In this document: positions 1-10,319 of the stretch, in pieces | How positions within the stretch are numbered: the first letter of the stretch is position 1 | How the letters are laid out: each line of letters opens with the position of its first letter | DNA from: Nitrospirales bacterium | Lineage (GTDB): Bacteria > Nitrospirota > Nitrospiria > Nitrospirales > UBA8639 | Assembly (NCBI GenBank): GCA_965203295.1 | Contig: CBDBCZ010000014.1 | Coordinates: 32,001 to 96,000, forward strand | Length of the DNA: 64,000 nucleotides | Direction: 5' to 3' | Translations under genes and position numbers: made by a program | Notes under the pieces: generated by a model | Told to the model about the DNA's origin: nothing | The model's input: only the letters and a program-made list of their open reading frames with translations | Database searches by the model: none

Positions 1-823
<823 letters not shown>

Positions 824-1574
824 GGGTCATGTTACTAGTCTGATAGTGTTCACATAATATATATCACGTTGTTTCTTGTCAATGAAATGTTATGCATTCA
901 ACATGCCTGCTTGTTTTTTGTTAGTAACTGTTTTTGAAGTTTGTACTTGAAATTGATGTTGCAGTCATGTATGTTTTCTTTCAGTCTGCTTTATTATTGC
1001 ACTCCATGGTGTGTATACCCCTCAGTTTATCCGGCATATTAAAGCTAAAGTATATTTTTCATGCCCACGATTGTTTGTACATTTAGCATACACGCGCTCG
1101 CGCTTTTTCACTATTGCAAAACGGAAATCGGCAAAGTACCCGGCGGACCCATGTGTTGTACATTCTGCTGCATCCGCTTCAAAAGTTTATGCATGTTTGA
1201 CGATAGTGCATTGCCTGTTACGATACATGCATCTGGCGGCTGACGCACTCTTCATGGGGGGAGTGAAGACCGAATTCACCTACAGGTGAGTTGCGTATTA
1301 GCTAACAAATACCAGTATAACATTGAGTAGAGTAAATAAATTAAAAGTTGGGGCGGGCGGGGATCATAAGTATTTTTTTACATGGGCAATGATACACATT
1401 ACGCGGATCCTTCATCACGATCACCTGCAATTTCTTCACCTAGCTATATACGCGTGCATCACTCCACGTCACAGTCTCTTTTAGCATATTATGCATAGTA
1501 TGTAATCTAGTTAGCCATCCCCAACGTCTCGCCAGCACTAACCACTTGCAATATCCGTTGCAGAAAGCAACTAA

Positions 1575-3192
1575 GACATTTCGTGTTAAAAAAAAGCTTA
1601 TCTTAGATCTCTTAAAGAATTCTTCCATCATCTGTCCTCTTCTCCCAACTCCAGCCCCCTCTGGTCTTCTATTAAAAAACTTCGTAAAAAGTCTTCCTCA
1701 ATTCCTCCTCTTTCTTTTTCTGGTGATCTTACACATTCTGATGCCTCTAAAGCTAATCTCTTAAATCATTTTTTCTCTAGCTGCTTTAATCCTGCTGATC
1801 CGTCTCTTATTCCTTGCTCTCCTCCTCCTCATTGTCCCCCTGATCTTCTCTGTTCCCGTGATAAAGTCTCCTTCTCCTCCACCTTCCTCCACTGGCCATG
1901 GCGAAATTTCACCACGCATGCTACTGCTTTTTCTATTGCTTCCCCCTTACTCACATCTTTAATCTGTCTCTTCAGTCTGGTATCTTTCATTCTGATTGGA
2001 AACTCTCATATCGCCCCAATCCCCAAAACCAAATCTCCCTCATCTTCTCCTTCTGATTAACACCCCATCTCTCTTCTTTCTCTTATTAGTTAAGTTTAGA
2101 ACATGTTTTTCCGATTTTTCACACAACACTATCTTCTTCAGTATGGTTTTCGCTCTGGTCTCTACAGTTCTGCTCTTCTTTCTGTGACTTACGATTGGTT
2201 CACTACTGCTTGATTCTCATAGTTCTGTCTGTGCTGTTTTTTTTATTTTTCGTAAATAATTATTAATTAATTAAGGCTTTCGATTCAGTCCCCCATCAGC
2301 TTCTTCTTGATACTCTATCCTCTTCTGGCATTCCTCCTCATCTCTTTCTTTGGCTTCGTAATTACTTGAGTAATAGGTCCCAGAGAGTTGTTGTTAATGG
2401 CTCTTCCTCCTATACTCCTCGTGTCCTTTCTGGCGTTCCTCAGGGGTCTATCATTGGTCCCCTTCTTTTCATTATCTTTATTAATGGCCTCTGTAACATT
2501 TCTCTGGCACTCCTTCTGCCCAATTAATCATGTATGCAGATGACATTCTTTTCTATCAACCTTACAATTCCATTTCTGATATTTCTCTCATTCAATCTAA
2601 CATGGACTGTCTCTTCCTGGATTTCTTCACACTCTCTTATTGTTATTGAATCTAAAACTCAATAAATGTTTATTTACTCGAAATCTTCATCTAGCTTTTT
2701 TTCTCTGCCCCTCCTTTCCATCAATGGCTCCTCCCTATAACTGGTTTAATCTTTCAGATACCTAGCTTGGTGTTCTTATTACTTCTAATCTTTCTTGGTC
2801 TCTTCACATTCAAACTATTTGTCACAAATCTAGGAAAATTATTGCTCTTCAAATTCTTAAATTTCCGCCATTTCTATTATTCTTCTCCTGCTGTTCTTTT
2901 TAATATATCTCTCTTGTCCGTCCTGATCTTGATCTGGGATCCTGCTTCTTCTGCTATACTATTTCCACTCTTAAAAATGTTCAATTCTTTGCAAAAATTA
3001 TGCTCTAAAAATTGGTCTTCTTCTTATTGTTCTCTTCTTTTCCAATTGCTTTGTCCTACTCTTTCTTCTCATCGAAAGAATGCTCAACTAATCTTTCTTT
3101 ATAACATACTTTTTGACTATGTGTACTGTCCTTCTAGAAAAAATTATTTCCAGCCTCCCCCTCATAAGTCTGTTCGATCTTATCACCCTTAT
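1575..3192 (+). mobile_element. Degenerate non-LTR retrotransposon (CR1/L2-like LINE) ORF2 reverse transcriptase relic
   Basis: Broken frames contain the RT motifs KAFDSVPHQLLL (~2273), SGVPQGSIIGPLLFIIFIN (~2429) and MYADDIL (~2530). The strand is strongly C/T-rich with many stops and frameshifts. Confidence 0.88.
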
Positions 3193-3669
3193 AGTGGTGA
3201 GGTAATTTAAAGTGTTTTTGGTCAAGTATGCAAAACATTACCAATATTATTGTAGACTATTCACTAGTGTATACTTGACCAAGACTGTGGAAACACGTCA
3301 GCAACACATTACGTAATTTGCTCCTTTCTAACAGTTTTTTGCATTCTTGATGAACCTTCTCAAGAAACGTAGCTACACACACCAACTTGGCTCTAGCTTC
3401 ACTGTGTTAACTCATTTGAAACTGAAACAACACTAAATTGACTTGTAAATATGTTTATTTTCTCATTCAAATGTATGAATACTTAGTATAATCGACATCT
3501 GGCACCATAATATATGCATGTATCTTACATGCAGCTGCAGTTATGCCAATGTTTGTATGGATGGCCTCACACTTCTTGATTGTTCATTTTATTAAGCACC
3601 CTGGACTAACTAGGACACATCAAAGCGCGATTCATTATAGTCTAAATTAGGTTAACTCCCTATCGCAAG

Positions 3670-3938
3670 GTATCTATTATTCGTGCTGATGTCATCAGGC
3701 AGATTCGTTTGCGGGCTGGAAGCAGAGATTCCGAACTTAATGACTTAGTCACTACTATTTCAACTAATTAACTCTAGTTATATTGTAGTTTAATATTGCA
3801 TCTTCGTTGGTGTGTTGTACATATTATTATTATTATTATACTTAGCTGGGACATGGTAGGGCTTGTTTGGGTTTATTTGCATGACATTGTATCAATGTTT
3901 GCATGATGTGTGTCATATAAACGATTGATTTTATGCAG
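3670..3938 (+). other. Predicted 5'-UTR intron of receptor gene A1
   Basis: AAG|GTATCT donor at 3670 and TTTTATGCAG|G acceptor ending at 3938. Similarity to the A2/A3 upstream regions is confined to sequence outside these two sites. Confidence 0.6.
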
Positions 3939-3962
3939 GCTGTGAATGTGACACAAATTTGA

Positions 3963-6900
3963 ATGGAGCTGACATATCTATTGATTTTGATAGCTGTTGC
4001 TGTGGGTTGCACTCCCAACCTAACGCTATTGTGCACTGCAGAAAACATCTACTACGTAAAACCCACTAATTCCTCTAACATCAATGATACAAGCTTTGAC
4101 CCAGACACTCTATGCCTTGATCATGACTATCCCTGCTACACATTCGACTACTATCTCCAAAACATTTCTCTCTACTTCACTTCAAACACCTGGATTCAGT
4201 TCCTTCCAGGTATACATCTTCTTGACATGGGCCCCGGAGAAAATATCGTTGAATTCAACAATATATCCAACCTCACGTTAGCAGGTAGTAATTCAACCAG
4301 ACAAGCAGAGTTTGGTCTCATTATGCCAGAGAGTACAATCCTTTGCACGAGTGGAATAGGGTTTGTTTTTCGGAAAATCGAACATTTAACCATCCAGCAT
4401 TTAACGTTTCATGAATGCAGTTGTGAGCCATTTCCAGACTATGCTTTTGCATTAGTCCTAATCAACCTCACAAACAGCCATCTCTCTCATGTCTACATTT
4501 ACAAAAGCAGAGGATATGGAATTGTGGGTTTGAATGTACTGGGAACCTCTTCTATAACGGATTCAGCAGTGTTATTCAGCAGTGGTTCAGAAGACTACCC
4601 CGGTGGGAATGCTTTTTTTAATTTCTACCCAAGTGAGTCGGACTGCTATAAACTCGGCAACAACACGGTTCAATTCAGCGTAAAGTCATCATCTTTTGCT
4701 TTTGGAAGAAATCGTAACCAGCTGGCATCACCAACAGGGCTTGGTATCACAATAGAAAACCCATGCTCGAATAGTTATATTACTATATACGGTTCTTTCT
4801 TTTATCATAATCAAAATCTGTCCGCTGAATCAAGTGGAAACTTGGTTATTATATTCTATGAACAAGAAGCTACCTCAAACTATGTTACAATTGACAACTG
4901 CATTTTTAAACAGGGGCATTCTTTTAGTGGTGGAGGTATTCTAGTCAGGACAGTTCCAAAATATCCAAATACTACCTGCTTCAATGAATCATCATACACG
5001 AACTTCATACGTATCACGAACTCTATCATTACTGAGAATTTTGCATATTATGGAGGTGGTCTCCTTGTAAGTTTTTCTCCTCTGGATAGAAGTTGTCACC
5101 AGAATTATTTGCAGTTAAATGAAGTGCTTTTTGAGGCTAATGTAGGTTTTCAGGGTGGTGGAAATGCTTGGCTTAATAGCTGTCCTTATGAAAAACGTTA
5201 CAATGTGAAACTCATAAACTGTATTTTCAGGAATGGAAGAGCATACATAGGAGGTGGAGGATTAGAACTTAGCTTAAGTGATAATGTACCAGATCAAAAT
5301 GGCTTGGATCAAATCTTATTGATAAACACATTATTTTTTGGTAACAGAGCTGAATATGGTGGTGGTTTAGGCATAAATATTTCCCCAGTAAAGGTTAAAC
5401 GTACTCTTGCCAGTCAGCTCTGGAATGTTACAATGGTAAACTGTACATTCAGCAACAACTCTGCCTCACAATCCAGTGCCATATATGTACAAGATGATAT
5501 ACTGCTGCCTGTTGAATTCAGCATTGCATTTATAAATTTATCTGTGTACGATAGCAAGTATAGTGGACGAATAAAGTCATGTCCAAAATGTGATGGCAAA
5601 GCAATTCTACTGAATGGTGTTCAAAATGCTACAATTATCAATGGCAATTTTTACAACAATGAAGTTGGGGCTCTGAAAATGTTTGGATCAAAACTGTTCC
5701 TGGAAGGTAACATCAGCTTTCACAACAACAGTGGTTTCAAAGGTGCTGGTATTGAACTCTGTACAGACTCTTACTTGTATCTTGAACGAGCCACCAACAT
5801 CTCTTTTACAGACAACCATGCTCGCTATACTGGGGGTGCAATCTATGTCAAGGGGAGAGAATGCAATCCTCAAGGTGAAGGTAGTTCAAAATGCTTTTTT
5901 AACCTCAATTATCCCTACCACAATTCATCCCAAATATTCTCCCAGATTACCTTTGCAAATAACACAGCTAAACATGCAGGGAGTGCTCTATATGGAGGAT
6001 ATGTAGATACATGTTTTCCTTACCATAAATTTCAGCAGGATGTAAGTGAATTACTTTTGAATAATGCGGAGTGCATTATTTCTGGAGGAACCTGTGAACA
6101 ACCCCAGCTCCCTGAAAATGGCTCACAGTTATTTGATTTACTCTTTCAATTCTACCAAAGTGGCCTCTCGGTTGTTTCATCAGATCCAATGTTCGTATGC
6201 CTTTGTGAAAATGACCACCCTAACTGTAGTGAAAAACGTAGGCCAGTCTCGGTTTACCCAGGCGATGTGTTTACTGTTTCAGCAGTTGCAGTTGATCAAA
6301 GAGATGGAGTCATTCCTGGTGTTGTAACTGCAGTGTTTGTAGATGATTCAGGCTCACTCAAGTTGGATGAGCCTCAGATATCACAAGAAGTTGGTAGTGT
6401 GTGTACAAACTTACAGTACACCATATTATCAAATAATAGTGATGGAGAATTAATGCTTACTGCAGAAAATCCAGATAAAGCTGAGATTGCACGCTCAAAT
6501 ACTCACCCACCCACATTGTACATTACCCTCCTTCCCTGTCCGCCTGGTTTCACATTGAAGGGAGTGCCTCCACAAATCAAGTGCGACTGTGTTGACAAAC
6601 TTATCAACCTTGTTGCTGATTGTAATAGTGGTCACGGTATGATACGTCGACCTGCAACGGCATGGATCGGATACTATGGTTTAGATGAAAATGAAACCTC
6701 ACAACATTCTATTCCAGGTGTTCTGCTCCACGAGCACTGCCCGTTTGACTATTGCAAAAGTGAGGATATAGATATCGACCTAAATTTTCCCGATGAACAG
6801 TGTGCATTTAATCGCTCTGGCACTTTATGTGGGGCTTGCAAACTAGGACTTAGCCTTTCGTTAGCAACATCCAAGTGTCTTGACTGTTCCAATGTTTACT

Positions 6901-8195
6901 TGACACTGATTCTGGTGTTTTTGCTTGCTGGTGTGATCCTCATCTTTGCTCTCACTGCAGTAAATCTCACAGTCTCTGAAGGAACCATCAGTGGACTCGT
7001 TTTCTATGCCAATATAGTTCATGTGAACAAAGCTATTTTTTTCCGATCCAAAAGCATGCACTTCTTTTCCATCATTATTGCCTGGTTAAACCTGGACTTA
7101 GGAATCGAAACGTGTTTCTACGATGGCATGGACATGTATGCCAGGACATGGCTGCAGTTTGTGTTTCCTCTCTACATCTGGGGCATGGTGATATTCATGA
7201 TTGTTTCAAGTCGCTACTCAACGATTGCAGGTAAAGTCTTTGGAAGGAACAATTCTGTTCGAGTTCTCGCTACTCTATTATTACTCTCCTACACAAAGAT
7301 CCTTCGTACCATCATTACAGCTCTATCGTTTACCACCCTGATCTATCCAGACAAATCGATCAAGTTCATCTGGCTAGCTGATGCTAACGTCCAGTATCTA
7401 TCTGGCAAACACATTCCTCTTTTTCTGGTAGCTCTGGTCTTTCTTCTTGTGCTCTCTCTTCCCTACACAGCACTGCTCCTCTTTTTACAATGTCTTTGGC
7501 CAAGATCACATGACTACAGGCTGTTGTCATGGTTGAGGAAGATCAAGCCCTTCTTGGATGCCCATACTGGACCCTACAAGGATAAATATCGGTTCTGGGC
7601 AGGGTTTTTGTTTCTGGTTCGTATCATTCTTTTCATAACATTTGCAGTCAACTCTCTTGGAGACACATCTCTGAATCTGCTGTTTGTTTCCATTGTGGTT
7701 ATGCTCCTGCTTGGATTCAAGTTGATTGCTTCTGGAATATATAAAAACTGGCTTTTGGATACCCTAGAAGCTTCATTCTTTCTAAATCTTGGTATGCTAT
7801 CAGTTTCCTCTCTATACATTCAAACTGTTAGCAGTGAGGGAGTATCGCGAGATGTTGTCAGCAGTATCTCCTTAAGCGTGACTTATGCAACGTTCATCGG
7901 AATTCTGATATACCACTTTCGCAGCCACCTGCCACAGACTATGAGGAAGATCAAACAGTGTCTAGTCCACTGCTATACAAGTGCATGCAGTCGAAGAAGA
8001 ACTGTTCCACAGATGAATATTGCAGAGCTAGAGGGACTGGTTGCCAATAATGAGGATGATGCTGATGATGCTGATGATGCTGCGGGAGACTCATTAGCTC
8101 AACCCCTGCCTAAAGTCCAGTGCCTGAGGCTGACCTTTGACAGGAATGTTACGAGTGGTGAAGCCGTGCTAGTGGAAGATATGGAAGACTTCTGA
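3963..8195 (+). CDS. Receptor-like membrane protein A1 (1410 aa): signal peptide, right-handed beta-helix (Pmp-like GG/FxxN) ectodomain, Cys-rich stalk, multi-pass membrane domain
   Basis: Uninterrupted 4.2 kb ORF with a hydrophobic N-terminus. Repeated FxxNxAxxGGG[LI] motifs; CPPGF...CDC, CPFDYC...QCAFNRSGTLCGAC; about 9-10 hydrophobic segments; paralogs elsewhere in the window. Confidence 0.92.
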   Translation: MELTYLLILIAVAVGCTPNLTLLCTAENIYYVKPTNSSNINDTSFDPDTLCLDHDYPCYTFDYYLQNISLYFTSNTWIQFLPGIHLLDMGPGENIVEFNNISNLTLAGSNSTRQAEFGLIMPESTILCTSGIGFVFRKIEHLTIQHLTFHECSCEPFPDYAFALVLINLTNSHLSHVYIYKSRGYGIVGLNVLGTSSITDSAVLFSSGSEDYPGGNAFFNFYPSESDCYKLGNNTVQFSVKSSSFAFGRNRNQLASPTGLGITIENPCSNSYITIYGSFFYHNQNLSAESSGNLVIIFYEQEATSNYVTIDNCIFKQGHSFSGGGILVRTVPKYPNTTCFNESSYTNFIRITNSIITENFAYYGGGLLVSFSPLDRSCHQNYLQLNEVLFEANVGFQGGGNAWLNSCPYEKRYNVKLINCIFRNGRAYIGGGGLELSLSDNVPDQNGLDQILLINTLFFGNRAEYGGGLGINISPVKVKRTLASQLWNVTMVNCTFSNNSASQSSAIYVQDDILLPVEFSIAFINLSVYDSKYSGRIKSCPKCDGKAILLNGVQNATIINGNFYNNEVGALKMFGSKLFLEGNISFHNNSGFKGAGIELCTDSYLYLERATNISFTDNHARYTGGAIYVKGRECNPQGEGSSKCFFNLNYPYHNSSQIFSQITFANNTAKHAGSALYGGYVDTCFPYHKFQQDVSELLLNNAECIISGGTCEQPQLPENGSQLFDLLFQFYQSGLSVVSSDPMFVCLCENDHPNCSEKRRPVSVYPGDVFTVSAVAVDQRDGVIPGVVTAVFVDDSGSLKLDEPQISQEVGSVCTNLQYTILSNNSDGELMLTAENPDKAEIARSNTHPPTLYITLLPCPPGFTLKGVPPQIKCDCVDKLINLVADCNSGHGMIRRPATAWIGYYGLDENETSQHSIPGVLLHEHCPFDYCKSEDIDIDLNFPDEQCAFNRSGTLCGACKLGLSLSLATSKCLDCSNVYLTLILVFLLAGVILIFALTAVNLTVSEGTISGLVFYANIVHVNKAIFFRSKSMHFFSIIIAWLNLDLGIETCFYDGMDMYARTWLQFVFPLYIWGMVIFMIVSSRYSTIAGKVFGRNNSVRVLATLLLLSYTKILRTIITALSFTTLIYPDKSIKFIWLADANVQYLSGKHIPLFLVALVFLLVLSLPYTALLLFLQCLWPRSHDYRLLSWLRKIKPFLDAHTGPYKDKYRFWAGFLFLVRIILFITFAVNSLGDTSLNLLFVSIVVMLLLGFKLIASGIYKNWLLDTLEASFFLNLGMLSVSSLYIQTVSSEGVSRDVVSSISLSVTYATFIGILIYHFRSHLPQTMRKIKQCLVHCYTSACSRRRTVPQMNIAELEGLVANNEDDADDADDAAGDSLAQPLPKVQCLRLTFDRNVTSGEAVLVEDMEDF

Positions 8196-9042
8196 TTGAC
8201 ATGCAATTCACTCTGACTTCTTTTTTTTGCAGAGTTCTAGTTTTGTACTCCACTGGACATATACCATTCAAAATTATATTGCAACACATTATACATGACA
8301 ACTTAACTTACTATACGTAGCTCCATTGCTAATAATGCTTATATGCACTGCACACGTCACAATATTTTGTTTGATTTTTTGATTATTTGGCTGTTTTTAT
8401 CTCATTTATAGCATGTAGGTACATTTCTTTCACAAAATTTTCACTGCAGTGCTATCAAGGAACTGTGATTGTAATACTATGTAATTGCATGGTACTGACT
8501 TTTTAAGGGAACACATATAATTGATATGTACACCTGGCTGATCCATATAGCCATGCTGATGCCAATTGTTGTACTTTATATTTTACTTCAGTGAGTACGG
8601 GAATCTAGGTCGTCCTAGTTTACCGACGTACTATACTACATTCATCAAAATTTTATATGTCGAGCACATTTATGCTTATGCTGTATGATATCTGTTTTGA
8701 ATCGATAGTTAGTCAGAAAAATTGCAAAGTAGAATTTTTCACTTAAAAAAAAGAATGTGTTTCTAAGGGTGTTACTCTTTGTATATAGCTTAGTATAGTA
8801 ACAAGTCTATGGAATAATTTTCATAGAATATATACTCTATGAAAATTATTCCATACAAGTGTACATGTCTCGGCCGGGTCAATGCACCTTTGGCTAGCTT
8901 AGCATGTTAATGCCCATTCAGGTTTTATTAGGGGGTTCTTTTGCCATATGTAATGAAGTAGCTACACTGTGTCAACTTAGAGTGATGCCATCCTTGGTAG
9001 CATGGATTTGGAGTGTGAACATGCTCCAGTGACTGGGTGAGG

Positions 9043-9260
9043 CAAGAGAAAAAGATGATCAAGTTGAGGATGAATGATATTTCAAGGAGGCCAAGGCTCC
9101 ACGTCTTGTAAAGTGTTGAACCAAGTATGATTGAAAGTATTACAGCAGTAATGAAACCAATTGCCAGCAAGTGGACACGGGGGTCTCCAAGAGCCTTGAC
9201 TGCAGAGAGGAGAAGCAGAACAAAGCGACGGTCCAGTTCAGTAGCTAGCGGTGTTTGTCA
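9043..9260 (-). pseudogene. Relic of a subfamily-B receptor (C-terminal TM segments only)
   Basis: Minus strand reads ...SAVKALGDPRVHLLAIGFITAVILSIILGSTLYKTWSLGLLEISFILNL, matching B1/B2 GDPSVNLLAI...YKTWSLGLLETSFILNL. Flanks are unrelated and the RYW motif region is disrupted. Confidence 0.85.
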
Positions 9261-10319
9261 TGTGATGTAACATAGTTGAACAGCTAGTTAGTAGCCTCAT
9301 GCCATTCAGGAGCTACCTCGTTATAGCACCTGGGCAAGAAGCTAGGCTACTCGAAAGAACCACTGCCACGTTAGCCCTACTCAGAGAGAGCAGTAAGACT
9401 CGTCAAAACAGAGATGATGGACTAGGCTGAACTAGCTATGACACACCCCCTGTGTCACGTGAGGATCACATGATCCATCTCCACCAGGTACTGGAGACAG
9501 ACTACCACACAGTATGAAAAGCTGGACCCTATGACATGCATGGAAATCACCTTCATTATGGTGTTGATATTTTTGACATCATAAATATGCCTTTGTGTAC
9601 ATGTAGCAATTATATACTATTGTTGGTAACATTTTGCATGCCCACAGTAGTGTAACCATACACATGAAAAAAATGGTCTTTAGAATGCCTTGTTCTTACG
9701 GCAGGAATAAGTATATTCGGGTTAAAACCCAGGAGTTGAACAGTTGAATCTAGGCCCGAACCTCATGCTCATGCTGCTACATGCATGGCATCGCTCAACA
9801 AGACCATACAACAAGCCTGGTGTCAATGTAAGCACTCAGTGCCTACAATTTTTGTTGCTTAAAATACTGATGATGTATTTGTGTGTTGTAGATGTGCAAA
9901 GTGTTAAGCTACTATTAGAACAGCTTCTGCATGACTACAGGTGCAATAAGCTCATTATAAAACATGTGCCCAGGCCCCTAATGTGCCCATTTGAAATGTT
10001 GGTTTTATCAAAAAGCGGTGTAAAATACAGGTACATGACACTGAAAAGGGGTCAATTACTATATATGAAATACTAACACGCAAAATGAATAAAGACCTAT
10101 ACATATCACTGATAGTATGAAAAATGTTAAGAAACAAAATCCGCTTTAAACATATACAATTAACTTACGGTATATGGCATTGTACTCCTCTAAAAATGTT
10201 TTCCATTGCTGGAATGAAAAAGAAGATGCATGGCATTGTGAGGGAAGGCCTGGTCATGATGCTACTATTATACATTGTGTATAGCCTTGATAAACTTGAA
10301 ATCTACGATTGGTTTGTTG

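Noticed and set aside
2767..3210. Hydrophobic 147-aa ORF
   Set aside because: Off-frame reading of the pyrimidine-rich LINE relic.
4084..7819. Short alternative-frame and antisense ORFs overlapping the receptor genes and recurring in paralogs
   Set aside because: Recurrence follows from paralog DNA identity; no independent coding signal.
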